Source: Monocercomonoides exilis PA203 (Eukaryota > Protista > Preaxostyla). Taken from it: a stretch of DNA of 64,000 nucleotides. The position numbers and the translations under genes are program-made. Each line of letters begins with the position of its first letter. Position 1 is the stretch's first letter. Where the stretch lies: positions 1 through 64,000 of the forward strand of contig LSRY02000003.1 of assembly GCA_001643675.2 (NCBI GenBank), in the 5' to 3' direction. This document shows, in pieces, positions 52,323 through 64,000 of this stretch. The notes below the pieces were generated by a model. The model saw only the letters and a program-made list of their open reading frames with translations. It was not told where the DNA came from and did no database searches.

Positions 52323-55300
52323 ATGAGTTCAAAAGACACACAATCTGTTTCAAGCTCCATTGTAGCAGAAAGAAATACTGTCCCTTGCGCACGATTTAAT
52401 GCTTTCGATCATTTGTTTGGACTATCATTTATTTTTTGTTATATGAACATTTTAATGGAATTTCTCATCTTTTAGGTTGTTTTCTTTTTTTCATCCTTAT
52501 AAATTGGTTTGCAATGCTTTCTATTTTTGAGTTTTTTCATTAATATTTTTTAACCAGCATTCAAGGCAAATATCGGATTCGGTGATTATTGGAATTTCAA
52601 TTTTGCTTGCTTTCCAATATGTTTTCGTTCCCCTTCGAAGAACTGATATACCTTTTCTGCACTTTACGGATGTATACCGAAAAATTGGGTATTAAATTTA
52701 TTTATTGTTTTATTTCAAACATTTGCTCCATTAGATTATATTTCGATCCTTCGTTTTATTCACCAACTTTTTTATCATTTGTAATTTTCTTTGCACTAAT
52801 GGGAACAGCTTTGATTCTTACTGTTGCACTTGGAGTTATTGTTTGTCTACTCGCAAAAAGAGAAGGAGGAGCACCCACTGCCCTCCATTACGTTAGCGAT
52901 AAACTTGGAATGCTCGTGTCAGTCGCATTTGTTGCACCTTTCTGCATTGTTTTTTCAAAGCCTTGGGCATGCCTCATTCAGGAGACTGTATCTCCAATAA
53001 GTGAGAACAACAATTTTACGTATTGCAACCCAACTGCTCGCATTCCTCTTCTTGTTTTTTCAGCTATTTTCCACATATCTCTATTCGTATTTTCTGGATT
53101 ATATCGTTGCTTGATCTTCGATGCAAACTTGCGCTCGGCAAATCTCAACAGCACACGATGGGGCGCAACCACGTGCTTTGCCCAATCTTTGGCTTATCTC
53201 AGTTCCTTTCTTGTTACAATTCTCATCGAGTTCCATCCAACAGTATCTGCTGTTATCCACACAGCAGTCTTTGCTATCCTTATGTGCTTCGAGGTCATTG
53301 TCCTTCCGCAGACAACGCCTCACTCCAACTCTTTGTTTTCGGCAATTTATGGAGCAGCCTTTGGATCGGGGATTGTGTCGCTGCTGATGCCTGTCTGGAA
53401 CTCTCTCGCAGCAAACAGCGCATCTGATGGCAATAAGCCTCTGACTGTTTTGAGTGTCATATTCTTCTACGTGTCGTTGGTTGTTATTTGCGCAGTTTTT
53501 GCTACAGGCGCTGGAGTGTTAGCATTCATACGGCACAGAAAACTTGCTCTTATCAAACCTGTCTATTCACTTTCTGGGAAACATTCCAAGACTCTTCCTC
53601 ATGAAGCTAATGCTACATATGATTCTTCGTCCCAGCGCGATCAGCTGACACCTTTCAAGCACAATAAAAAGATCGTGAAGAACAAGAAGAAAAAAAGTGG
53701 CTTCAAAAAAAAGCCAATTGGCCTTCAAATTGTTATTGACGGTGCAGTTGTAACACATTTATTCAGCTCAGATACACTGCCACTGTCTCACTCGCAATTG
53801 CACTTGCAATCGTTGACCTCTTGCCAATCTCCAAGCACCTCTTCCCTTTCGCAGGTCGCTTCTTCGCCTTCTCAAAGCATGCTTTTCTCTGCCTCTTCTC
53901 AAATATACACGCCGCAACGGTTTTCACCATCTTCTTCGCCTTTGTCGATGTCATCATCATCGTTATCGCTGCCTTCATCCACAATTTCGCCAGCTCCATC
54001 GGTCTTGTCTTCTTTGTGCCCTTTGCCTGCTCGTAATATTGTTCCCTCATCGAGCAACCCTTCCTTCGACTCAGTCTCTCCTTTCATTGCAAACCAAGTC
54101 GGTATCATCAAAGCCATCCTGCGTTCGGTTCGCAGTCCGTCTGCAATTTGGACTAAGATCAGCTTTTTGTCTGATCCAACATTCCGAAATAGACAGGATG
54201 TGGTTGAGTTTGTGGACAATCTATTCATCGCAGCGCTGAAAAAGGAGAAGTTCAGTGCGCGTTCTGATCTGATAGTGTCGTACTCTCTTTTCCTCTCCTC
54301 CTTCATGAGCATCCTCCGCCGCCCGAACGCCCTCGCCACGCAGCTGCAGCGCGCCTGTGAACAGTTTCCCAGCTGGGTTGATCGCTGGCTGATATACGTG
54401 AAGTCGAAGGAGATGGAAGCGCTCATCCGGAGAAGAGAGACATTCGCCGGTGCAGAAGGCACCTTTGGCAAAGGAAGAGGCTACTCAGAGCTCGGCAGCA
54501 GCACATCGTCTGTGTCAAACACCTTCAACATTCACATCCAGCTGCAGCAGGCGACGAAGAATGACGAGTTTAGCAAGGCGCACATGTTCCGCGTGTGGTC
54601 GCTTTTGTCACGTCGTTCAGTTGACGTGCCTAAAGTGATGAACCACATCGTCAAAGCGCTGAAGTATGCACGCGATTCAGAGAACATTTATGTGCGTCTG
54701 TTGGAGCAGTCACCAGACAATCCGAATGTGATGCGGCGGCTGGCATTGGTGCTGAGAGACGTCTACTCCGACGATGAGACAGCAAACAAGCTGCTGCACG
54801 AGGCAGATGAGCTGGAGGAGACGAATGACATGGAAGAGCTGCTGTCAGTGGGAAACAACGAGGACAATGAACCCTTGCCAACAGCTGAAGGAGAAGGATG
54901 GGGAAGCACTTGGGGAAATGTGGCAGGTGGATGTGCAAATGGTAAAGGAAATGACAGCGATGGTGAAGGCGGAAGAAATGAGGAGCAAGGAAAGAATTCA
55001 GCTCATGGAATTTCAGTGAGCTTTGGAAGTGGAGCTTTGAAAAGCAAAAGCCGTTCCTCACTTAATGGCAGATTGTCGAATTCTCCGTCTTTAGCAGAAA
55101 CATTAACAGACAGAGTGCATCAGAATGGGCATGACAGAAACTTGAGGAAGGCCAAAAATGGAGAGCTGAAGAGAAAAGAGAGGGGAAACACCAGACGATC
55201 CAAAAAGAACAGATTTGACATGCTCACAAAGGACGAAAAGGAGAAGTCGAAAACTTTGTTGAATGCGCTGCTGCCGATTGTGTTGACTGGCATTGGGCTT

Positions 55301-58051
55301 ATGGCAGTGACACTTTTGGTGTCCTACATCCAAATCGATTCCCAATTCAAAGAGTCCACAAACTGCATGGACACTTCTCGCAAATCCATCAGGCTAAGCA
55401 TCTTTCAGAGCCATGTGCTGTACATGATGGCACAGTCGCTGAGCTCCTTAACAAACACAATGATCGCGCCTGCTGGCAAAAACATGGGCTCAAGCGGGAT
55501 GGCAAACCAGGCATTTGACCAGGACAGCTTCGGCGAGCAGCAGAAAGAGGACAAAGCGACAGTCGTGAGCCAGTCGCAGATGCTGAAGGAGTTGTTTGCA
55601 GATACAGCTGACAGCTCTGTGTGGAAAAAGGACTTGGCATCGTTTGTAATCTGCTACATGGACTATACACAAGTCAATCTGATAAGAGAATTTCTGATTG
55701 AAGGTTTGAATTTGCTTGCTCTGATCAACTGGTCACAGGACATTGCGCTGGATCTGGCAGACAACAGCATCAAGTTCCCAGACTATCATTCTCTCCTCTC
55801 GTTCTTCTACAAAGGCGCTGCTTGCTACATGCTGAATACTCCTCTTTCAATTTCTTCAGAATTGGAAGTGCTTGCAATGGACGAGTACTTCAGAGTGAAT
55901 GACATATCAAAGCACAACCTGATAATGCTGATCATCCTGCTCGTGTTCTGCGTAGCTGTTCTGATGTGTGCCACCATTCTGCCAATGATCGTGTTCATCC
56001 GCATCGTCATCAGAGAGCGAAAGAAGGCGATGCGGCTGCTCTGCACAATCTCTGCTGAATATGCCTCGAAAATGGTGGAGCGTCTCGAAAGCTCTTCTCA
56101 CGGTCATTCACACAGCCATCGAGGCACGATAAGTCAGACAGCAACAGAAGCATCGCTGACAGATCGTATTGTGGATGACGCAACAAAGAACAGCACATCT
56201 TCTCTGCCAGTTGCTCACCCCATTGACGAGAGCTGCAACACACCGCAGGCGATTCGCTTGGCGCTGCCAACTGTCACTCAGCAGGCTGAGATTGCTTCTT
56301 CACCAAATGAAGCATGCCTAGATGTATTGAATGACTATCTTGCAAAACATCAGCCAAACTCTTTTGCATCTCAGCAACTATTTTCCGACCAGATGCAACC
56401 TCAAATGCTGCCAAATTCAGATAATCAGAAAATGAGGAAGAAAGCAAAGCAACTTACACCTAAACAGTTCAAGTACGACTTGGGAGTGCCTGGAAAGGGG
56501 AAAGCGAAAGAAGATCGAGAATATGAGGAAGAGGAGAAAGATGAGAAAGAGCGTATTGCACAACAGCGCATTGAGGATATGGATGAAAAACTGCATGTGC
56601 TAGGAGGAGTTGTTCCGACTTCTGTGAAATGGCAGTTGGGCCTTGGGGCAGTGCTGTTGATTTGTCTGGCGTGCTCATTTTATGCTGTTTCAATTGTTGC
56701 TATCACAGGCACCATCGACCATTCTGGGAAGATCATCTTCAGCGGATACAGACGAGTGGCATTGAAGCAGCTTTCGGCGCTTGCCTCGATGGTCGCAGGG
56801 AAGATCATGTTTCCTGTGGCCGATGAAAGTGTATTCTTCAAAGACCCAATTTCGTCATCGCCTGCCTTTAGAAACTCGACTTTTATGACAAGCTTGGAGA
56901 ATGTGAAGAGCACGCTGAGTGTTCAGATGCAGTACATCCAGCTGATTTCGAAGCGCTTTTTGGTTGGCTCGTCGGAGGATACTGTGACGTCAGACGAGCG
57001 TCTGGACTCTATTGTTATCACAAGGACACAAGGAACAGATGCACTCATTGACGAGATTATGGTGGAGCCAACGAAATGCCTGCTGATCAACCGCACTTTG
57101 TGTGACACAACAACACCTGGCGAGCGCATGCCTGGCGTGACTTCTGAATTCAACGGGCTTTCAGAGCTGATTGAGCGTACAGCAACTGCTGTGTCAGAAC
57201 TTGTGAAGATTCCGGACGATGAGCTGAATCTGAACGACATTCATTATCTGTTCATAAGGGGAATGTCGTTATACGATGCAGAAGACTCACTCATTCGGAT
57301 TGGAGACGAGCTGCAAAGCAAAGCGAATGAGTTTACGACGAGATATTCGACAGTTCTGCTGGTTGTGTTTGTTGTGGTGGCTGTGATGGCAACTGCAGTT
57401 GTGGTTGTGTTTATTCTGCCAATTCCAGTGTATATCCAAACGATTATGGAGCAGACAGAGGCGATTGCAGAAGTAGCTGGCAGAAGGGAAGTCGAAAGTG
57501 TGAAGTGGAGTGAAGATCTTGTGACGTCTGTCACACGAATAGACGATGCACATTATGTTCTGGTGGAAGGGATGAGGCAGCTGGTTGCGCTGGTCAACAA
57601 CAACGAGCCACACGAGAAGGTTCAAATGCTTCTTGACCAGCTGCTCGTAGCGACGTTCATCCACTTCTCAGACGAGGAGAAGATGATGCTGTCGTACAAA
57701 TACCCAACGAAGCTGAGAAACGAGCATCTGATGGCACACATCCAGCTGCTCCGCAAGCTGGTCACCTTCCTTGACCGAATGAACACGCACCATGTGCCGC
57801 TGACAGAAGTTGTGCTCTTCAGCTCAACGTGGATTGTCAATCACATTCAGTCACTTGATGCTGAATTGTCTTTGTTCTTGCTACAAAAGGGAGACCAGAA
57901 TGATCTTAATGGAGCAATTGACTTGAGCCATTTCGAGATGCCTGGCTCAATTGAAGTGTGGCTCGATAGCGATCAAGCCCCAATGAAAGAAAAAGTGCTT
58001 TTTGAAACGGCTATTGATAATGCAAAGAAAAGATGTAGGTTTTTGATTTAA
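52323..58051 (+). CDS. Large multi-pass membrane protein (TmcB/TmcC-like) with C-terminal hemerythrin domain; 5' exons uncertain
   Basis: 1820-aa ORF 52589-58051 with an N-terminal TM bundle, TPR-like ENIYVRLLEQSPDNPNVMRRLALVLRDV, two TM pairs flanking loops, then W...IDDAH...HFSDEE...EHLMAH...WIVNHIQSLD. Likely ATG at 52323 with short introns. Confidence 0.85.
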
Positions 58052-58584
58052 GTTTCATATTTTATAATTGTTACAAGCAATGAAAAAAGAGATTTCTTTT
58101 TCTTTTAATTTCAATTATGTTGTTACAATTATCTTCTCTATAGCAACCTTATTTATTAGCTTTTTATTGTCATTAGATCTCAAACTAATTTTTGGTTTTC
58201 GAACATTTGTTCTTTTTTTCTTTAAATGAAAGTCAAACGTATTTTTTTGGAATTATGTTCATTGCTAGTTTGTTGAAAATTCAACTTTTGTTGTATGATT
58301 TTTGTGTCTCGGAATTTGTACTTCCAATCAAATTTACAATATTACAAAGCTTTATTTTTGATTTTATATTTTGTTTTCAATTTTATTTACTTTACTTTAC
58401 TTTATTTTATTTTTTTAAATTATTTTTCTTTTCAAAGATTTTTTTCAGTTACATAAAAAATGAAAAGAAAGAAAAAAGAAATTTATTTTTTTTTTCACTT
58501 TTTTCCCATTCTTGAATAATGCAAAGGAAAAATTTTTTAAATTTAATCACACAACCAGAAAAAAACTTTAGTACTTTCCCAATA

Positions 58585-58900
58585 GGTGGACATAACCCTT
58601 AATAAACATATTTTTCTGTGTAAATCATAAAAATTATAAATAAAAAATTGGTTCACAAACTGCTTAACAAAGTGATTATGAGAGCTATTTACAATATGTT
58701 AAGTATTTTTTGATGCTTTTCAATTCAGTGATCTTTAAAATGAAAATATCTTAGGGTTTGAGTTGATAAAAGTGCAACTGAAGAACAATATTATTTGTTC
58801 ATGTTTGCATTAAGCTGTTTCATTAGGTTTATTTAGGTTTTTAGGGTTTTTATTAAGAAAATTATAATCTTAAAAATAACTATTTAGGGTTTTGTCCACC
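58585..58900. mobile_element. MITE (316 bp), TA-flanked, TIR GGTGGACAWAACCCT
   Basis: TA|GGTGGACATAACCCTTAATA ... TATTTAGGGTTTTGTCCACC|TA; shares its right TA with the adjacent Tc1-like element. Confidence 0.75.
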
Positions 58901-58902
58901 TA

Positions 58903-61060
58903 CAGTCTGTCCCAAAAAAATGTTGATCTGTCCGTTTTTAATGTCGATCATGCCTCAAGTTGAAATATTTATTGGATACCATTATTGATTTGTGTATTAT
59001 TTGTAATTTTTTTGTTTTCGCTTCTTTTTTCATATATATGCCTTTTTATTTTACAAACAACAAAAATGAGTAAGAGCTTATGGATTGAATACGCTTTTTA
59101 TCTGATTATTCATTTTGTTATTGTTCTTGTCACTGTCTAAGGATTTTTACACAATATTTTTTCTTCTTGTTCAGCGTTTTGCAAATTGCAAGGACAAAAG
59201 CGAGGAGTTACGCAGTATTTCATTTTTACGAACTTTCGAACCTTTGATAATCAAATAAGTGCCCATTTACAGTTAAAATATCAAAAGAAATCATGTTTGA
59301 TGAGGTTTGTTGGTTTAAAATGTCAATAACACGCAATTAACGAATACTCCTTTATGTTTTATCAGTTAGAGAATAATGAATGACTGTTATTGGGATATTT
59401 TGAACTTTTCATTTTTTTCATTTTTTTAAATACCATCAGATCTTATTTTTGTTTTTCATTGGTTTTTATCATTTTAATGCTTATCACCAACAAATCTGGA
59501 ACATTTTATATATTTTCTTCATCAATCATATAAACATTCAAAACATTTTCATTAATCATTCATCCTTCTGATTATATTTAATTCAGAAAAATTCGAAAAA
59601 AGAAAAACATGTTGAAATGGATAAGATTTCTATTGTTTATTTTCGAAAAAAAGTCAATGACAATTAAACGATATGAAAAAAACATTCACAAGTTTTTTCT
59701 TTCCAAAACTTGAGGCCAGATAACATTTTCGACATGAGAAATTGTTCTTCTGAACTCTCTTGGAGAAATCTCTTTGAAAGTTTGAAGAAGAGTGAAAATA
59801 AAGTGGTTTTCACCTTCCCAACAAAGAGATTGTTCCTCCACTCTCTTTTTCCAAAAACCGAAAACATTCTCAATCGGATTCAGAATTGGGGAATAGGCTG
59901 CATTAAATAAAATTTGATGGCCAGCCTCCTTCACAATTTCATCTGTATGAATGTGATGAATTGTTGCGTTATCTAATACAATAACAGACGAATCATTTTC
60001 TTTGATTGATAGAAGAAATTTTTTAATGCAGGCCTCAAATAACTCATGGTTCACTACTCCTCTCACAATTTCTGTGAAGCCCATTCCTTTTGTTGATATT
60101 GACGTGATAGCTGTCAAACATTGATGAATAGGAGGTGGCGGAATCAACACATTTTCACCCCTTTGTGACCATCCATATTTCCGAATGCATTCAATATTCC
60201 AGGACGTTTCGTCAATGAAGAATATCATAGCTCCATCTCTTTGATATTCGAAAAGCTTTTCCAAAAAAGCAATTCGAATTGATTTATTTTCCTCTGTATT
60301 TCCAGATGTGGGTCTAACCGTTATTCTTTTGAATGAAAATAGTGGATATTTGTGAGTATTTTCGTTTTTTTCTGTAAGCATGCGATGAATTGTTGTTCTT
60401 CCTATTGTTCTTCCTGCAATTGACATCTCTTTTGACAATTTCCTTAAAGTCGTTAGAGGATCTTTTCGAAGTTTTTCTCTGATCATCTCATTGAATTGTT
60501 GATTGAATGCTTTTTGCTTTCTTCCTTTTTGATTTAACGGTTAGGAAATGTCAATTCCGCTTCTTAACCTAGCAAGATATCGTGATGTAGTTATTGTGGT
60601 CAATGTACATTCGCTAGCGTACCATGATTCTGATTTTTCTTGACCAAATTTCCTGTAAAGAGAAGCAAGTTTCATTCTTTTGTCAAGAGTTGCAGGTGTG
60701 TAAGAATTTTTCTTTTTTTGTTTTCCACTGGATTCAACATTTCACAGCTCCTCTATTTTTCTCTCTCTCTCTTCTTTTTCCTTTATTTGGGCTTTCATCC
60801 GTATTATTTGGTGAAGTTGTTCTTCCAAAGGATGAATCACAGGGCAAATGATTGGTTTTGCTCTATATTCGGACAGAGGAGGCACATCTCTTGATATTTG
60901 TTCTTTTTTTTCTTTTGTTCGCGCATCCAGGATGAAAACATTGTCTTCGTTCATTATTCTTTGATCTGTATTTTAAAGAATCGGATTTTTCAGACAATTT
61001 CACTTAACGGGATGATCGACATTAAAAACGGACAGATCAACATTTTTTTGGGACAGACTG
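58903..61060 (-). mobile_element. Tc1/mariner-IS630-like transposon
   Basis: Perfect 49-bp TIR CAGTCTGTCCCAAAAAAATGTTGATCTGTCCGTTTTTAATGTCGATCAT, TA on both sides. Confidence 0.95.
59686..60954 (-). pseudogene. Tc1/IS630 DDE_3 transposase with two in-frame stops in the N-terminal part (~60742, ~60541)
   Basis: FFIDETSW, IVLDNATIH and AYSPILNPIENVFG. ORF 60742-60954 is in frame with ORF 59686-60486. Confidence 0.88.
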
Positions 61061-62076
61061 TATTGGGATTGAACCAAAACTTTTCCATTGAAAAAAATTA
61101 ATAATGGACAAATTTTTCCAGAAAAAAGTATCACAAAAATTAAAATTAGATTCATGACATGCGATCAGCGTTTAAACTTGTTGGACTTGCTCTAATCTTA
61201 TCATGGTGGGTACATCTTTGTTTTTTTATTGCTTTATTTGAATTAAACCTTAAGTGGGCCTGCTTTTTCAATTGCCGGTTGTGCAATTAATCACAGTTGG
61301 TGGAGTTTATTTGCTTTAATGTTTATTGCTTGAGCAGCGATTTGCTTTTTTTTATTTAATCGTTTGACCAATGAAGGAGATTTGACGTTTGGATATTTTT
61401 CTTCTATATTTTATAAAATTTGCAAAATTATTAAATTTCCAGTTCTCACAATTTATTCATTCTTCTTTTATCCGTCTTTTTGGGGATATCATCGATTTTC
61501 TTTGTTCTCGTTTTGTTTCACAGGAAAGTGGTTTGCTTTTTTTCAAAAAATATTATGTGAAACGTTCATAACTTTTTTAAAATTGCCATTTTCAAAAGGT
61601 GTATAAAGTCATACCTTTGATTTTTGACATTTTTAGTTGCATAATTATTATTTTTTGCGGAATAATTGCTTTTTGTATTAAATCAAAAAAAGCAGTCAGC
61701 TTCGGATGATATACCACCATTTGTCTATAAATATATCTCCAGACAAATTGAAATCATTTTTAGCTGATAGCTGTTACAATTAATTTCTTTAAAATAGCTT
61801 TTTGTTCGCAGATTTTTAATTTTGTTAATAGAATGGAATAGAAAAATTTCTATTTTTTGCTTCATGTTAATTTCTAACATCATTGCTTTTATTATTTTTA
61901 TTGTTATTAGATATGTTTAGCATTTTATTATTTATGTTTTTTTGTATATGTTTCATCGATTACACACTTTTTTATTCAATTTATTTTTGTTATAAGTCTA
62001 TGATCAAAGACAAATCCAGCAATTCATTTATGTTTTCCTTTTTTATTGTTGCCTTATAAACGTTGATTTCTCTCTG

Positions 62077-63968
62077 ATGGGGCACGTTTCATCATCTTCT
62101 TTGAAAAAGACTCAAAGTTCATTTCTTGACGAAGGAACAGTAACAGGTTTTTTTTTGCTTTTTGATTTTCCTGATTTTTCGAATTTTTCGGTTGGTTTGC
62201 ACTTTAATAAAAAAATAGAAATCATAGCTCTTTTGACTCAAGAAACTGTTCAAAGAAGAAATTTTCTTCGATTTGTTTCCAAAAAAATGAGAGAAAAACT
62301 TCTTTCAGGAAAAGAACTTCCTGTAACCGTTAGTATATTTGAAAGATTGGGAATTATTCTAAAGAAGGAAAAAACTGCTATTCAAAATTTAGCATTGAAC
62401 ATTATATACATGTATGCCCGAAGAGGAGTTCAGCATTCTTGGATTGCTTCTGGAAATGCTTTTTTTGAGATGGCTCTTTTCACAAACATTCTTTCTGATC
62501 TTGAGGCAATTATCATTGATGTCACAAAAAGTTACAACGTACGTATTCTATCTGTGCACTGCTACGTCCTTTTTATGCAAGGAAAGGTGATAAATCTAGA
62601 TCTTTTGAACGGAATTCTTGATTTTATAATCGAAGATCTACAACCTATTCCTTCATTATCAAGCAGAATCCCTAAATTAACTGCATCGTTGTATCTTCTT
62701 TCAATTCTTGCGAATCGCGGAGGTTTGCAACACAAAATATTTGAAAAAATTTTCATTTTTCCTTCAAAATATATATAAATTACTTCTTCCAGAACATCAT
62801 GTTCTTATGACAATCAGAGGGGTATTTTCGCTCGTTAGGCTATATTTGCATCATCCGTGTGTTCCTGTGTCGCTTTCTGCTGTGTGTGCCGCGTCAGAGC
62901 TGTGTTATGGATCACCCGAAAAAGTGACAGATCTTGTGGAACATGAGCATATTCTTCATCTGATGTATTATTTGCTTCCAATTCTGAATCCAGCGAGCGG
63001 AAGGTTGGTAGCACCAGCTGATGCAACTTTTGCGTTTTGTGGAGAAGAAGAGAGCGATTCAGAGGAGAAAGACGATGGAGGAGTAAGAGAAGACAAAAGA
63101 GAAAGAGAAAGAAGAAGAAGAATAGAAAATGCCAGATTGATAGCAGCATGCAATTCAAACACTTTCGAAGCAATAGAAGAAGAAGAAGATGGAAAGAGCG
63201 GAGATGCTGCTGATACACACAGCAGCTCTGAAATCAGAAAGAAAAAGAGGAAAAGACGAAAGAAAATGAAATACGACGATGCAAAAGAGGAAGCAGTCAA
63301 TGGGACACACAAAGACAGCACAAGAGACTTGAGCATCCAAAGTGGTATGTCCACAAAGCTCTATCAGTTTTCGCAGTTGGCAAAGAAAATGTTCGTCCCT
63401 TCGAAAGCGCCTGACATTCGCAACAAAAAACATCCCCATCACAAATTCCCCGGCCCTCTCACACTCTCCTTTGTGCTCTCCTTTCCGACTCGACTGCAGC
63501 CTTTTCTGCCTCGTCCACTTTCAGTCAATATTCCTGATGAAATTCTGCCTCAAAACAAACAAACACCCTCAGATGGAACTGCACTTGTTTCTTCCTCTTC
63601 TTCATCTTCATCACCATCATCATCATCATCATCTTCTTCTTCTTCTTCAATCTCTCCTTTCGTATATCCATCTTCATCTGACGTTCCTCTTCTCCACAGT
63701 CTTCTCCCAGCCTCTTCTGTGCTCAACACTTCCCTCTCTGCCCACACCACCTCTTCTCTGCTTTCTCTCTCTGACTCCAGCACTCAGCAAAACGACCCCT
63801 CTCAAGCAGATCAAGCTGCCCTTCCTCTTCTTCCCCCTCTTCCTTCTGAAAGTGTCTGCCCTCCAACAACAGCTGCTGTCACTTCTCTTTCGTATCTGCC
63901 GACACTCCATTCAGACGATTCCCTCTCAGACGCCCTCACCCCTCCTTCCACCCCTTCACCCCCAATGA
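62077..63968 (+). CDS. Hypothetical multi-exon protein with low-complexity C-terminal part; structure uncertain
   Basis: 233-aa ORF 62077-62778, then a GC-richer coding-like region after a probable short intron near 62720-62792; no recognisable domain. Confidence 0.4.
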
Positions 63969-64000
63969 CACACAACAACCTGGCAATACAGACAAACAAG

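Noticed and set aside
58750-58895. TTAGGGTTT motifs as interstitial telomere
   Set aside because: Isolated, opposite in orientation to the terminal array, and explained as the MITE's terminal and subterminal motif.

Overview
This is the left end of a chromosome from an AT-rich, intron-containing protist with (TTAGGG)n telomeres. The gene families and style resemble the oxymonad Monocercomonoides, but that is an inference. Bases 1-3109 are telomere, interrupted seven times by a fixed 11-nt variant, CCTAGTTTGAA. The next ~29 kb holds about seven copies of a tyrosine recombinase (YR) gene. The copies that keep their C-terminus carry a Myb domain resembling the TRF/telobox type. Only the most distal copy is intact. 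It lies in a 4.1-kb unit (3110-7250) whose removal restores an in-register telomeric repeat, and it is followed by 5'-truncated older copies that each begin at a telomere-like remnant. This suggests an undescribed telomere-targeting YR (Crypton-like) element. The rest of the window contains a cargo-carrying TIR element with an 8-bp TSD, a Merlin-type transposase inside TA-flanked pogo-like ends, an intact pogo-like element, a Tc1/IS630-like element, several MITEs and decayed lineage-specific genes. It also has two intact host genes: an ABCC/MRP transporter and a large TmcB-like membrane protein ending in a hemerythrin domain.
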